The notes under the pieces are model-generated. The model had not been told where the DNA came from and ran no database searches. It saw only the letters and a list, made by a program, of their open reading frames with translations. Positions 42,588-53,291 of a DNA stretch of 64,000 nt are shown piece by piece. The translations under genes and the position numbers were made by a program. The stretch's first letter is position 1; each line of letters starts with the position of its first letter. The DNA is from Longimicrobiales bacterium. Its GTDB lineage: Bacteria; Gemmatimonadota; Gemmatimonadetes; Longimicrobiales; Gaopeijiaceae. The stretch lies in the NCBI GenBank assembly GCA_965198065.1, contig CBDAON010000004.1:1440001-1504000 (forward strand), written 5' to 3'.

Positions 42588-43692
42588 ATTGAGGAGATCG
42601 AGACCGAGGCCGGCGTCCTTCGGAACTTCGTCGTAGCGGAGTGCGCAAGGAGGTAGGGGAAGCGGCTCTCCGAACAGCCGCCACCGCCTCCTGCGTGTCG
42701 GCCTCCGTGACGTCGAGGTGGAAGACGGTGCGCACCCGGTCCCTGTTCACCGGTAGCACAAGAACGCCCTCCCCCTCGAGCGCGCGGCAGAGCTCTGGGG
42801 CAGTTCCGATCCCGGGCACGACGTCGAAGAAGACCATGTTCGTCTCCACCTCGTCGGGGTCGGTCAGGATCCCCTCGATCCCCCCGATCCCCGCCGCGAA
42901 GGCGCGCGCGTTTCGGTGATCCTTCCCGAGCCGCTCCACGTTGTGGTCGAGCGCGTAGAGCGCCGCCGCCGCCACGATCCCCGACTGACGCATCGCCCCA
43001 CCGAACCGCTTCCGGAGCGCTCGCGCCCGCTCGATGGTCTCCCCATCACCCGCCACGACGGATCCGACAGGGGCCCCGAGGCCCTTCGAGAAGCACATGG
43101 CGACCGTGTCGAAGTGCTGCGTGTAGAGGGTGGCCTCGAGGCCCGTGGCCGCGCACGCGTTCAGGAGCCGGGCCCCGTCGAGATGACACCAGAGACCGAG
43201 CGCCCGGGCCTGGTCGGTCACGGTCTCGATCTGGGACAGCGGCCAGACGGATCCTCCCCCCCGGTTGTGCGAATTCTCCACGACGAGGAGCCGACTCCTC
43301 GGGACGTGTATGGATCGCGGGCGGAAGAGTCGGTCGACCTCGGCTGCCTCGAAGATCCCCCGCCGCCCTGGGGCGAGCCGGACCGAGCACCCCGCCACCG
43401 CTGCGAAGGCGCCCGACTCGTTCAAGTAGAAGTGGCTCTCCTCGTGGGCGATGATCTCGTCCCCAGGCGACGTCTGGGCCGCGATCGCACACAGGTTTGC
43501 CATCGTCCCGGAGGGGACGAAGACCGCAGCCTCCTTGCCGAAGAGCTCCGCCGCTCGCTCCTGAAGCCGAATAACGGTCGGGTCGTCCCCCAGCACGTCG
43601 TCTCCGACCTCCGCGCGAGCCATGGCTTCGCGCATCGCCGGAGACGGCTTCGTTACGGTGTCGCTTCGGAGATCGATCACGCCCTCAGCCAC
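42577..43692 (-). CDS. ltaE: Low-specificity L-threonine aldolase
   Basis: IDLRSDTVT, SGTMAN, HLDGARL, CFSKGLGAPVGS, GGAMRQSG. Confidence 0.93.
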   Translation of the reverse strand: MAEGVIDLRSDTVTKPSPAMREAMARAEVGDDVLGDDPTVIRLQERAAELFGKEAAVFVPSGTMANLCAIAAQTSPGDEIIAHEESHFYLNESGAFAAVAGCSVRLAPGRRGIFEAAEVDRLFRPRSIHVPRSRLLVVENSHNRGGGSVWPLSQIETVTDQARALGLWCHLDGARLLNACAATGLEATLYTQHFDTVAMCFSKGLGAPVGSVVAGDGETIERARALRKRFGGAMRQSGIVAAAALYALDHNVERLGKDHRNARAFAAGIGGIEGILTDPDEVETNMVFFDVVPGIGTAPELCRALEGEGVLVLPVNRDRVRTVFHLDVTEADTQEAVAAVRRAASPTSLRTPLRRSSEGRRPRSRSPQSGA

Positions 43693-43845
43693 CTCCGGTT
43701 GCCTGTCATCAGAGCCGCCTCGGATGATAACGCTCCCGGAGACTGGGAGCAGGCCGGGACCGAGTGCACCCCGGTGTCAACGAAGCCGCTTACCTAACGA
43801 CCCGGTCGTCACGCGCGTCCACGTGGCAGAACGACCCGTCAAAGG

Positions 43846-45201
43846 ATGACGCCGATGGACACGATACTCAGAGCGCTGAACCGCTTCGGGCTGGGGGCGA
43901 GGATCGGCGAGCGGGAGACGATCGGGGACCCCCGCTCCTGGCTCCTCGCACAGCTCGACGCGAGGCCCGGCTCCACCGTGGCCCCGGACCTTACCACGCT
44001 CGCGGAGGCGGGCGAGGCTCTCCAGGAACTCCGCCGGGCCCAGCGAGAGGACCCGGAAAGAGCGCGGGAAGCCAGAGCGGCCTTCCAGGGCATCCGGCGG
44101 GCCGAGATCTCCTTCGCCCTCGGTGAAAGGGTCGCCACGGAGACGCCGTTCGTCGAGCGACTCGTGGCCTTCTGGTCGAACCACCTGTGCGTGTCCGTCG
44201 TCGGCAAGCAGCCTCTGGTCGTGCTCGCGGGACTGTACGAACGGGAGGTCATCCGACCGCACGTGCTCGGCAGCTTCACGGACATGGTGCTCGCGTCAGC
44301 GCGACACCCGGCCATGCTCTTCTATCTCGACAACTTCCAGTCCATTGGCCCGACCTCCCGGGGCGCGAGCCTCGCGGCTCGGCGGCAGGGGCGGGAGCGC
44401 GGACTGAACGAGAACTATGCCCGGGAGCTCCTCGAGCTCCACACGCTCGGCGTGGACGGCGGGTACACCCAGGCGGACGTCGAGGCGCTGGCCCGGATCC
44501 TGACGGGCTGGACCCTGATCGGCGTCGGGCCGAGGGCTCCCGGGACGCTCCGGTTCCGGTTCGATCCCGCTCTGCACGAGCCGGGCTCGAAGACACTCCT
44601 CGGGGTCACGTATCAGGAGGGAGGGGAGGCCGAGGGGGAAGCCGCGATCCGGGCTCTGGCCGTGCACCCCTCGACCGCGCGGTTCGTCGCGACCAAGCTG
44701 GTACGCCACTTCGTCGCGGACGTCCCTCCCCCCGCCGCCATCGACCGCGTCGAAGAGGTGTTCGTCCGAAGTGGCGGGAACCTGAAACAGGTCGCGGCCG
44801 CCCTGGTGGAGCTCGAAGAGGCCTGGGAGCCCACGATGCAGAAACTCCGTACGCCGCAGGAGTGGCTCACGGCCGTGCTCCGGGCGACCGGCGTCCGTGC
44901 GCCCCAGGTCGCACAGGTGCTCGAGCCGCTCCGGCACCCGTTCTGGGCACCCCCGTCTCCCAAGGGCTACGGGGACACAGTGAGGGACTGGACGGATCCC
45001 GACGGGCTCATGAATCGGGCCGAGCTGTCCCGAACCCTCGTCCGGCGGCTCGGGCGAGCGGGACTCGACCCGGCCGGTTTCCTGGACGTCGTGGACGTGC
45101 CGCCCGACGACCCGCTTCGCTCCACCCTGACAGACTCGTCGATCCCGGCGGACGAGCGGATCGCGCTCGCCATCGCGGGCCCGGCGTTCCACTGGAGGTG
45201 A
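43846..45201 (+). CDS. DUF1800 family protein
   Basis: ERLVAFWSNH, HPAMLFYLDN, NENYARELLELHTLG, LTGW. Confidence 0.93.
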   Translation: MTPMDTILRALNRFGLGARIGERETIGDPRSWLLAQLDARPGSTVAPDLTTLAEAGEALQELRRAQREDPERAREARAAFQGIRRAEISFALGERVATETPFVERLVAFWSNHLCVSVVGKQPLVVLAGLYEREVIRPHVLGSFTDMVLASARHPAMLFYLDNFQSIGPTSRGASLAARRQGRERGLNENYARELLELHTLGVDGGYTQADVEALARILTGWTLIGVGPRAPGTLRFRFDPALHEPGSKTLLGVTYQEGGEAEGEAAIRALAVHPSTARFVATKLVRHFVADVPPPAAIDRVEEVFVRSGGNLKQVAAALVELEEAWEPTMQKLRTPQEWLTAVLRATGVRAPQVAQVLEPLRHPFWAPPSPKGYGDTVRDWTDPDGLMNRAELSRTLVRRLGRAGLDPAGFLDVVDVPPDDPLRSTLTDSSIPADERIALAIAGPAFHWR

Positions 45202-45203
45202 CG

Positions 45204-45988
45204 ATGGACAGGAGAGTGTTCATCCGCGGCATGTGCTATGGGGGCTCGCGACGTTCGCGGCGCCGCTCGTCACCTTCGCGCAGGTCCCGGCCCACGGGCG
45301 CTTCGTTTTCGTGCTTCTCAGGGGAGGCTTCGACGGGCTCGCCGCCGTAGTCCCGGTCGGAGACCCCGGGTACGCTGCACTTCGCGGGAGCATGGCGTTC
45401 ACCGCGGACAACCTAATGCCCCTGACGGGCCCCTTCGCGCTCGCCCTGGGACTCGCCCCACTGAAGGAGCTCTGGGACGCAGATGAGTTGGTGGCGATCC
45501 ACGCGCTCGCGATCCCGTACCGCACGCGGAGCCACTTTGACGGACAGGCCGTGCTGGAGACCGGGCTCGACCAGCCCGTCGGCTCCTCCGACGGCTGGCT
45601 GAACCGGCTTCTCCAGGTCATGGAGGGGGAACGCTCGGGGATTGCCGTGTCCGCCGGGCTGCCCCGCTCCCTCACGGGGCCGCACCCCGTTCTGACCTGG
45701 TCACCCGCGCAGCTCGGGATCGTGGAGGACGAGTACCTCGAGAGGCTGCGCTTCCTCTATCAGGGAGACCCCGTCCTTCACGACCACTTCGAGTCGGCGA
45801 TCCAGCTCCGCACCCTCCAGGAGGAACAGGGCACGATGGGCGCAGCCGGCCCGGCGGGTCGGGCGGCGGGCAACCGCATGGCGCCTATTATGGGTGCGGT
45901 CGCTCGATTCCTGAAGGAGCCGACGGGCCCGAACCTCGCCGCGGTTGAGTTCAGCGGATGGGACACGCACGCGAACCAGGGGATGACG
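45204..45988 (+). pseudogene. DUF1501 family protein; frameshift in a G-run near 45242 and 3'-truncated at the island junction
   Basis: MDRRVF Tat-like start; LRGGFDGL, RSHFDGQ, GWLNR, GWDTH; homology ends abruptly at AT-rich DNA. Confidence 0.85.
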
Positions 45989-46195
45989 GTTGCTCTACTG
46001 TCTATCCTGTTCCTATGTCGTCATAAGTATATGACTCATAGTTAGTTATAGACGTGATAGGCTTGGGTCCTCCTCGTTTCTGTCGTATATGATCCCGTAT
46101 ATTTTTAGCGCGATGACATGGGACCGTACGGTACGTTGGCGGAACCCGTGACAGGTGCGACCTTGGACGCCGCGGGCGTCGCGAGGGGCTGAGAC

Positions 46196-47345
46196 GCTAG
46201 ATTTACTTGGCTGGACCAGGATGTGCCGTTCGGCCAGCCACCCCGCCTCATCGAGCAGGGCACCAAATGACGGAGCGGAAACCACAGCAGAGACACCCGG
46301 GGGACACGTCGCACCTGAGTCACCTTCGGGGCGAGGACTTCACGGACGAGAACGGCGTCTACGACTTTGAGGCGGCGGCGTACGCGGTGTGGAAGGCGCG
46401 GGAGGCTGCCGGTCTGAACTATCAGCCCCGCAGGCAGCCGGCCAAGGAGGAGCCAGACAACATCGGCATGGGGAACCGCGAGCGGGAGCGGGAGGCTTAC
46501 GTGATCCTCGGCCCCCCCGGTGCCGGCAAGTCCAGCGCCGTCGCCAACCGGCTCGTTGCCGAACACGGAGGCCTCGAGATCAATTGGCATTTCGCGGCGG
46601 AGCGCCTTCCCGAGTTCATGGACGGCATCAACGCGCAGGGGGTCCACCTTGAGTCCGTAGACATCGTCGACGCGGTGCTCAAGCGAGCCATGGAGAACGG
46701 TGACAACGTTGTCCTCCCGCGGGTCGGTAGTGAGACTGGTTACGTCCAAGAGCTTCTAGACAAGCTGAAGGAAGCCGGATACACAACGGAGCTCTACCTG
46801 GTCGATCTCGCCCCCATGCTGGCAGCCGGTCGCGTCGTGACACGCTTCTTCGAGACGGGCCTGTTCGTCGACCCAGCGTATGTACTCAATAGGGTCGGGA
46901 CGAAGCCACGTGAGTCGTTTGAGGAGTTAAAAGGCCACCCCGCAGTTGCTAGATTTACTTGGTTGGATCAGGATGTTCCGTTCGGTCAACCACCCAACGT
47001 GGTAGAGGAGGGAGAAAACAACCCCGAGGGACCCAGCTGACTTTTCGTACCTGAAGGATCTCCGGACGGGGGACTTCAAGATGCCGGACGCACCCTGGAT
47101 CTCGAGGCGATAGAGTAGAGGAAGCGGCGGAGGAGTAGTTCCCCTAGGAGTCCACCCGCTCGCGCCGACCGCCCGGGTCTCAGAGCAGCTCTGCAGCGCG
47201 GGCAAATTCCAGGCAGGCACGGCACGCGAGGCCCCGAAGGCGACGGCCATCGGGCGCCATCTCCAGATTTACTTGGCTGGATCAGGACGTTCCGTTCGGT
47301 CAGCCTCCCCATCTCATCGAGGAAATGAAATGGCGGCCCAGCTGA
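46196..47345 (+). repeat. Three dispersed degenerate copies of the kinase C-terminal segment
   Basis: agatttacttgg-starting segments near 46199, 46951 and 47265 all encode RFTWLDQDVPFGQPP. Confidence 0.9.
46268..47040 (+). CDS. Zeta-toxin-like P-loop kinase with ~60-aa N-terminal module
   Basis: Walker A GPPGAGKS; VHLES; GDNVVLPRVG; LKEAGY; R..TRFFETG. Confidence 0.75.
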
Positions 47346-47401
47346 CAAGTGGCTGTGACTGTCAACCGGGTTAGCTGTAGGGGAATGGGATACCTGCTCC
47401 A

Positions 47402-47472
47402 ATGACCAGCCGTTTTGAACACGCCCTCGTGTTCACCGCGCAACTCCACCGAGAGCAGCGGAGGAAGGGCTC
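47402..47472 (+). pseudogene. N-terminal fragment of a RelA/SpoT-type HD hydrolase
   Basis: MTSRFEHALVFTAQLHREQRRKG resembles the first helix and HxxQxRK motif of Mesh1-like HD proteins; similarity stops after ~24 aa. Confidence 0.6.
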
Positions 47473-47635
47473 TAGCGTTGAGTCCGGGAGTCCGGGAGTC
47501 CGTGAGTCCGAGGCCGTCGGGTGGGGTAGCAAACCAGCACGAGCCAGCGGCCGGCGCCACTGTCAGAGTCCACCGTGGGGAGGTAGTTCTGAGAACGCAT
47601 TCTAGTGAAGATTTCCGTACTGAGTGCAGGCCATC

Positions 47636-50175
47636 GTGAGCGACTCACAGGAGAGTGGCGAGACCTCGATTCCTTACTTCAGGGAGATCGTCAGGCACGA
47701 TCCCTACCCGTGGCAGCGGTGCTTGTATAAAAGGTTTGTCGAAGGGAGTGTCCCCAAAGCCTTGGATATCCCGACCGGCTTGGGCAAGACCCTTTGCGTG
47801 CTTCTTTTCCTACTCGCACGGATCCGGAATACTGCACTACCCACGCGGGTCATCTACATCGTTGACAGGCGCGCCATCGTCGATCAGACAGCGACCGCAA
47901 TCCGGACATGGATCGAACGCATTGCCGAGTTGCCAGAGTTCGCGGGAGTGCTCGACGCGACTTCCGCGTTCTCGTCCGATCTTCCCGTCCAACTCGGCGT
48001 TTTGCGAGGCGGCTTAGCGGACGATGGCGAGTGGCGAATCGATCCCGCCAGACCGGCGGTCGTCGTCGGTACTGTCGATATGATCGGGTCCCGTATGATG
48101 TTCTCAGGTTACGGAGACGGGCGATCACGCCGACCGATGCATGCGGGACTCTTGGGCCATGACAGCATCGTCATGCTGGACGAGGCCCATTTATCGCCGG
48201 CGATGGCGGTACTCATCCACACCATCAATCAGCTCCAGAGCCACCTGATGTTCCAGACCATGACGCTGTCGGCGACGAGCACCGATACCGAAAGCGTGTT
48301 TCAACTCCTTCCCGAGGACGAGGCCAATCCCGCAGTTCGTAGCCGCCTTCATTCGGTCAAGACACAGAGTCTCCATCAGGTCGGGAAACCCGTGGATCGG
48401 GTCGGCCGCATTTGTGAGGTGGCCACCGCTCATAAATCTGGCTCCGTCGCGGTGTTTACCCGAACTGTCGCGGATGCCGAGAAGATTGCGGCGAAGCTGA
48501 TCAGCATACTCGACGATGGCTTCGAGCGCGTTGCACTACTGACGGGGACGCTCTGCGGGAAAGAACGCGCCGAGCTGGCAGATGGAACGGTCTGGCGGAG
48601 CTTCCTTCCGAATCGGGACCGTGACGCGAGTGCTCCCTCCGTCTACCTGGTGATGACCTCGGCCGGCGAAGTCGGAGTCGATCTGGATGCCGATCACGGT
48701 GTCATGGATCTCAGCACGCTCGATTCGATGATTCAGCGCGTTGGCCGAGTGAACCGACTGGGCCTGACGGAGGCGGACGTTGCGATCGTCTTCACGGAGC
48801 AAGAGGCGGTGGAGTCACCGGCAGAGCCGAAGACGCACAGCCAAAGACTTGCTGCGGCTCGTACGAAGACACTGAAAGTACTTGGGCAGCTTCCCGACCT
48901 CTCTCCTGCGACTCTTCGAGGCCTGGACAAGCAAGTCCTCGAAGAGTGCTGTGTACCACCAGCGCGCCCAGCTCGGCTGCACGCGGAAGTGGTCGAGGCA
49001 TTCGCGGCGACGTCCGCCACGCTCCAGCTCCCTCATGTCTCGATCTATCTGCACGGAGTGTCGGATCAGCCCGATCCGCCCGAGAGCTTTCTGATTTGGC
49101 GCTGGGACGTGGCGCACCTGGTCCAGCTCGGAAACGATGCGGCTGCAGAGGCAATCGCTTTCTTTCGGCCGAGCGCCGATGAGGTCGCTCGTGTGCCAGC
49201 ACGGGTGGCGCAGGACTTGATCCTGTCTGCTCTTGAACGGCAAGGGGCGAGGGGGTGATCGTGGTCGAACCGGGGGGCGATGTCCGTGCTGTCCTGTTGA
49301 TGAGCGAGGACGAACTCTCTTTGCTCGACTACGCGACTGTTTTTCTGCCAACGACTGCCGGAGGCTTGGAATCCTCTGGTCTCCCCTCGAAATTGGCGAG
49401 ACACGAGGTTTCCGACGTCGGTGACAGTGATGATCGGGTTCGTTACGTGGACGCGAGTGGTGATGGGGATGTCGAGGGTGATGAGAGTGAACAGGCACTT
49501 CCAGCTTGGTTGGATCAGGCCATCGAGCTTCGAGTCCCATTACATGACGTCAATGAAGACGACGAGGAACGTTTTCTGGTCTACGCACTACGCCGTTCCG
49601 ATCCGGCGCTCCAAACCGGTGAGAGCAATCTGACCTGGATCGGGGCCTCTACCCAGACTGTGGATGAGCACTGCGCTCTTGTCGGCGCTGCCGCTCGGCG
49701 GATTGGCGCAGCACTCTCACTCCCCGATCATGAAGTTGATGCGTTGGAAGCAGCCGGTCGCTGGCATGACCGCGGCAAGGCGAGGAAGGTGTGGCAACGG
49801 GCTGCCGGCGTTCCCGCCAATGGTCCCCTCCTCGTGAAATCGAGGAAGGGGCGTTTCCGTCCGGCGTTACTCGGTGGCTATCGCCATGAGTTCGGCTCTC
49901 TCGCCGAAGCGGAGCGGGAAATCCCGGTGAAATCTCCCAATCGCGAGCTCATCTTGCACCTGATCGCCTCTCACCACGGGCGGGCACGGCCAGGCTTTCC
50001 CCAGTCTCGACAGTGGGACCCGGATGTTCCCTCCGCGTTGAACCGACGGCTCGCCATCGAAGCGGCGAACCGCTTTGCAAGCCTTCAGGCCGAGTATGGG
50101 CCGTGGCGACTCGCATGGTTGGAGGCTCTCCTGAAGGCTGCGGATGTCTACGTGTCGAGTCGCAATGGGAAGTGA
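47636..50175 (+). CDS. cas3: Type I-G (I-U) Cas3: helicase (47636-49258) plus C-terminal HD nuclease (49255-50175), split or frameshifted
   Basis: PYPWQ, IPTGLGKT, VDRRAIVDQ, GTVDMIGSR, DEAH, SAT, EVGVDLD, QRVGRVNR; HD part WHDRGK, YRHEFGS, HLIASHHG, LEALLKAAD. Confidence 0.92.
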
Positions 50176-50182
50176 GGGCGTA

Positions 50183-50810
50183 ATGGAGTGGCACATCGAT
50201 CCCCGCAATCCCGGAGAAGTATTCGCGTGTGCCGGATTCGCACATCTCGCCTGGCGCGCAGACCCGAAACTAAAAACCGGCTTCGAGTCGAACGATCGAT
50301 TCCGCTTCGTGACTCCGGATCTCTCGGCGGTGCTCGACCGTCTGGCGGAAGCATCTCTTGAAGGGACAGAGGACGGACTCCGCTTCGCCGGCGTCGAACT
50401 CGACTGGTGGCGGGAATGGGGGTTGAATCCCGGACTCAAGAACTGGGCGGGGCAGCAATCCGCGCTGACGGTTCACGAGTCCCTACTCCGTGCTGCAGAA
50501 GGATCAAGCCCGGCCGACTGGCTCACTCATGCGGCTCCGACCACCGGCCGACTCAATCTCGACACCGACGGGACTTGGAACGCTCTGCATATGGGTTGGA
50601 GCTTGAACGAACATCAAGAGGCCAGGATGGTTTGTCGGCCCTGGGTCGAACTCCTAGCTTCGATCGGACTCCAAGCCTTTCCCGTCGAAGGCCGTAGATC
50701 GGAGCGCCGTTTCAGTTACAGCCTATATGGCGAGTGCGGTCGCCGTGGCGGCCGCCAACCGTCTACGCTGTCGAGTGCAGTTGCCGCCTTTGGCGGCTAC
50801 GGGCCAAGCC
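50183..50810 (+). pseudogene. cas8g: Type I-G short large subunit (Csb3/Cas8g-like), C-terminus lost
   Basis: DPRNPGEVFACAG, LDWW, KNWAGQQ, VELLASIGLQ; directly after cas3. Confidence 0.72.
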
Positions 50811-51287
50811 AACTCCGAGATCCTCGCTTTGACGTTCAGGCAAAGATTGGAGCCGATCGAAGGCCCCGATGTGCCGGTATTCCCTCCGACCTACCCAGCT
50901 CCAGAGCGAGGGCAGCACCGCTTCGAAACCCCCTATACCGTCAACGAAACTAAGGACGGTACTCGGATCTGCGATCTCGATTCCGTTCAGTCGCAAGCAA
51001 ACCGGATGGAGGCGGCCTTCACGACCGACCTCGCCGACATCGTTCCTCAGCACGTCGTAAAGGCAGGCACTCATCAGGTTGCGCTCACTGAGTTGCCACA
51101 CCGGATCGTCGATGCATCGATACGGGCCACCGATCTCGCTGACAGCATCCACCAGTGCATGCTGGACGTCAGCTCGGGAGACCCGGTACCCCTCGAGGAC
51201 ACACGAGCAAAGTCTGCGCTCCGAACAGCCCTGCAGGCTCACCGTGGAAAACTAGGCAATGTTGATCCCAAAGCGCTGGCCGCGTAG
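50810..51287 (+). pseudogene. cas7: Type I-G Cas7 (Csb1) fragment
   Basis: PVFPPTY, LDSVQSQANRME, ELPHRIVDA; no proper start and well short of full length. Confidence 0.85.
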
Positions 51288-51338
51288 TGGTCGGACCGCA
51301 CCGACGCGGCGCATGTCAATATCCGTCGGGACGACCCC

Positions 51339-52196
51339 TCACTCGCCGAGCAGGTACTTGAAGCCGAGCATCATCGACCAGGGATTGATGCGACTGATTT
51401 CGGTGTCGTTCATTATGGGAAACGGATGCACCTCGTAAGGACTCGTGTCCACAAGGTCGTCGACCCAGCTGTAGGACGCCTTCAGGCCGAGTAGGAGCTT
51501 GTCGCCCAGACGATAGTCGGTGCCGGCAAAGAGCTGCTTGGAAAGACCGCTGTCGGACAGATCAACGTCCTGCAGACTGTTGTACTCCGCCGCGGGACGA
51601 CCGCCGCATGGCTGACTAATGCACGAGTATTCGCTGCTGAAATACAGCCCCGACAGCTCGACGAAGGACAGGCCCAGCCCGGCGCCCAGGTAAAGCATGA
51701 CCCGGCTTTCTGCGAACGCGAAGTCGTGATAGGCGTTCAGGAACAGCGCGCGCGCGGCCAAGGCATCGACCCTGGTGGTGTTGGTCGACGTATAGTTGCT
51801 GTCTTCGTTAGGCAGGATCGGAGATCCATCGAGAAAGGTAATGTCGGTGAATTCTTGCTCGATGTTGTTCGATCGCTGGGAGACCGACACCTCCACGCGC
51901 ACGTCGCCGAAATTTCGACCGACGGCGACTTCAAAAGCAGTACCCAGATCCGAGGGAAGGTCGTAAAACCAGCGGTAGCCCTCGGGCGTGCCGCTGCAAA
52001 GGTCATTCGGGTAACAGATATTGTCCCGGTTATGGCCCGCCTGCTTCATCACGGGATTCCAGTTCGTCCCGCCGCTCGCGCTCACGTACCACCCGTAAGA
52101 CCCCGGCTGTTGACCCGCACCTTGTTCCGCTCGGCCGAGCAGGGTGCAGATCGCAAGCGTGGCTCCGAAGGCATGTAACTGCCAGGACAAAGGCAT
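51339..52196 (-). CDS. Outer-membrane beta-barrel protein (OmpA-TM/opacity-like)
   Basis: Signal peptide; GWYVSASGG; LYLGAGLG; terminal strand MLGFKYLL. Confidence 0.78.
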   Translation of the reverse strand: MPLSWQLHAFGATLAICTLLGRAEQGAGQQPGSYGWYVSASGGTNWNPVMKQAGHNRDNICYPNDLCSGTPEGYRWFYDLPSDLGTAFEVAVGRNFGDVRVEVSVSQRSNNIEQEFTDITFLDGSPILPNEDSNYTSTNTTRVDALAARALFLNAYHDFAFAESRVMLYLGAGLGLSFVELSGLYFSSEYSCISQPCGGRPAAEYNSLQDVDLSDSGLSKQLFAGTDYRLGDKLLLGLKASYSWVDDLVDTSPYEVHPFPIMNDTEISRINPWSMMLGFKYLLGE

Positions 52197-52526
52197 TTGA
52201 GTCACCTCCAGTTGGAGTCCGATGGCCTTCATTTGAGGATACCGCCTCCCAAGGACCCCGATCAACGGATCCTGACCTGCCCCCGAGAGTGGTACCGCTC
52301 TTGGGGGTGGGTCAAAGCCTCCCTCAAGTAAGGTTTTGTTGACTTCCATCGTGCGCGAAGTACACTGCTTCGACAGGGTGGCTGGGGAACTCGGTGCTTG
52401 GCCCGGGTTCGGTCAGATCGCCGATTGCGATTGAAGGTGGCCCGTGAACCCGGGTGACGGTTGGTGCGCGATCAGCCGCATCGTCTTTCTGGAGAGCTCA
52501 TCATAAAGAGTAAAGCTCTCTCACGT

Positions 52527-53135
52527 ATGCGACGAGCGATCATTGGCCTACTCAGTGCTGCGCTGGCAGTGTTATGTGTGCCCCCATCGGCTCGGGCACA
52601 ACAGCAACGATCATTGTGGCGTGGCCTAGTTGTCGCGCCCGAGCAGCGCTGCTCTGCCTACAACGCGGACGACTACCGGTACCCACAGTCTGTAGAAGAT
52701 CAGATCGTCACCGAACTCGGCGGTGTCTATGGTCCCTACACCGGCCGATGGTTCGCCAGCCAGTTCGAGACCGACATCGAGCACATGGTCGCGCGCTCAG
52801 AGGCGCACGACAGTGGCCTCTGCACAGCAGACGAGGCGACCCGGCGTCGCTTCGCAACCGACCTGCTCAACCTGACGCTGGCGGCTCCCGGAGTGAACCG
52901 TAGCCAGAAGGGTGCCCGCGACGCCACCGATTGGCTTCCCGATCAGAACACTTGTTGGTTCGCTGGTCGCGTCATCGCGGTTCGTCAAAAGTACCGGCTC
53001 ACCATCGACCGGCGCGAAGCCGATACCCTTGAGCGCGTACTGGCTGGTTGCACCTCGACCAGCTTGGTCGTGGTGGGTCGTGGCACCGTGCCACCCCGCA
53101 AGACGAAGCCCAAGGGCCGCCAGGCCGGCTCATGA
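52527..53135 (+). CDS. Exported HNH endonuclease (DUF1524-like)
   Basis: Signal peptide; YGPYTG; DIEHMV; NLTLA..VNRSQKG..D..DWLP. Confidence 0.82.
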   Translation: MRRAIIGLLSAALAVLCVPPSARAQQQRSLWRGLVVAPEQRCSAYNADDYRYPQSVEDQIVTELGGVYGPYTGRWFASQFETDIEHMVARSEAHDSGLCTADEATRRRFATDLLNLTLAAPGVNRSQKGARDATDWLPDQNTCWFAGRVIAVRQKYRLTIDRREADTLERVLAGCTSTSLVVVGRGTVPPRKTKPKGRQAGS

Positions 53136-53291
53136 AACGACTGGTCGCCTACCTGGCCGGAGAGACTCCGGCCCCAGGAGGCCGCGCTGATCCGCCAAAG
53201 GACCTCCACTGATCCTCGAGCGCCGGCCGATTCGCAGCCGAGAACCACTAGCGGCTCGGACCAAAATCCCGCTCTCGCCCACGCTGGCGCA

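Noticed and set aside
46186..46200. Selenocysteine or read-through TGA in frame with the first kinase copy
   Set aside because: The upstream peptide shows no kinase similarity; a recombination junction is simpler
46196..47345. Diversity-generating retroelement TR/VR pair
   Set aside because: Differences between copies are mainly synonymous and not adenine-specific; no reverse transcriptase in the window
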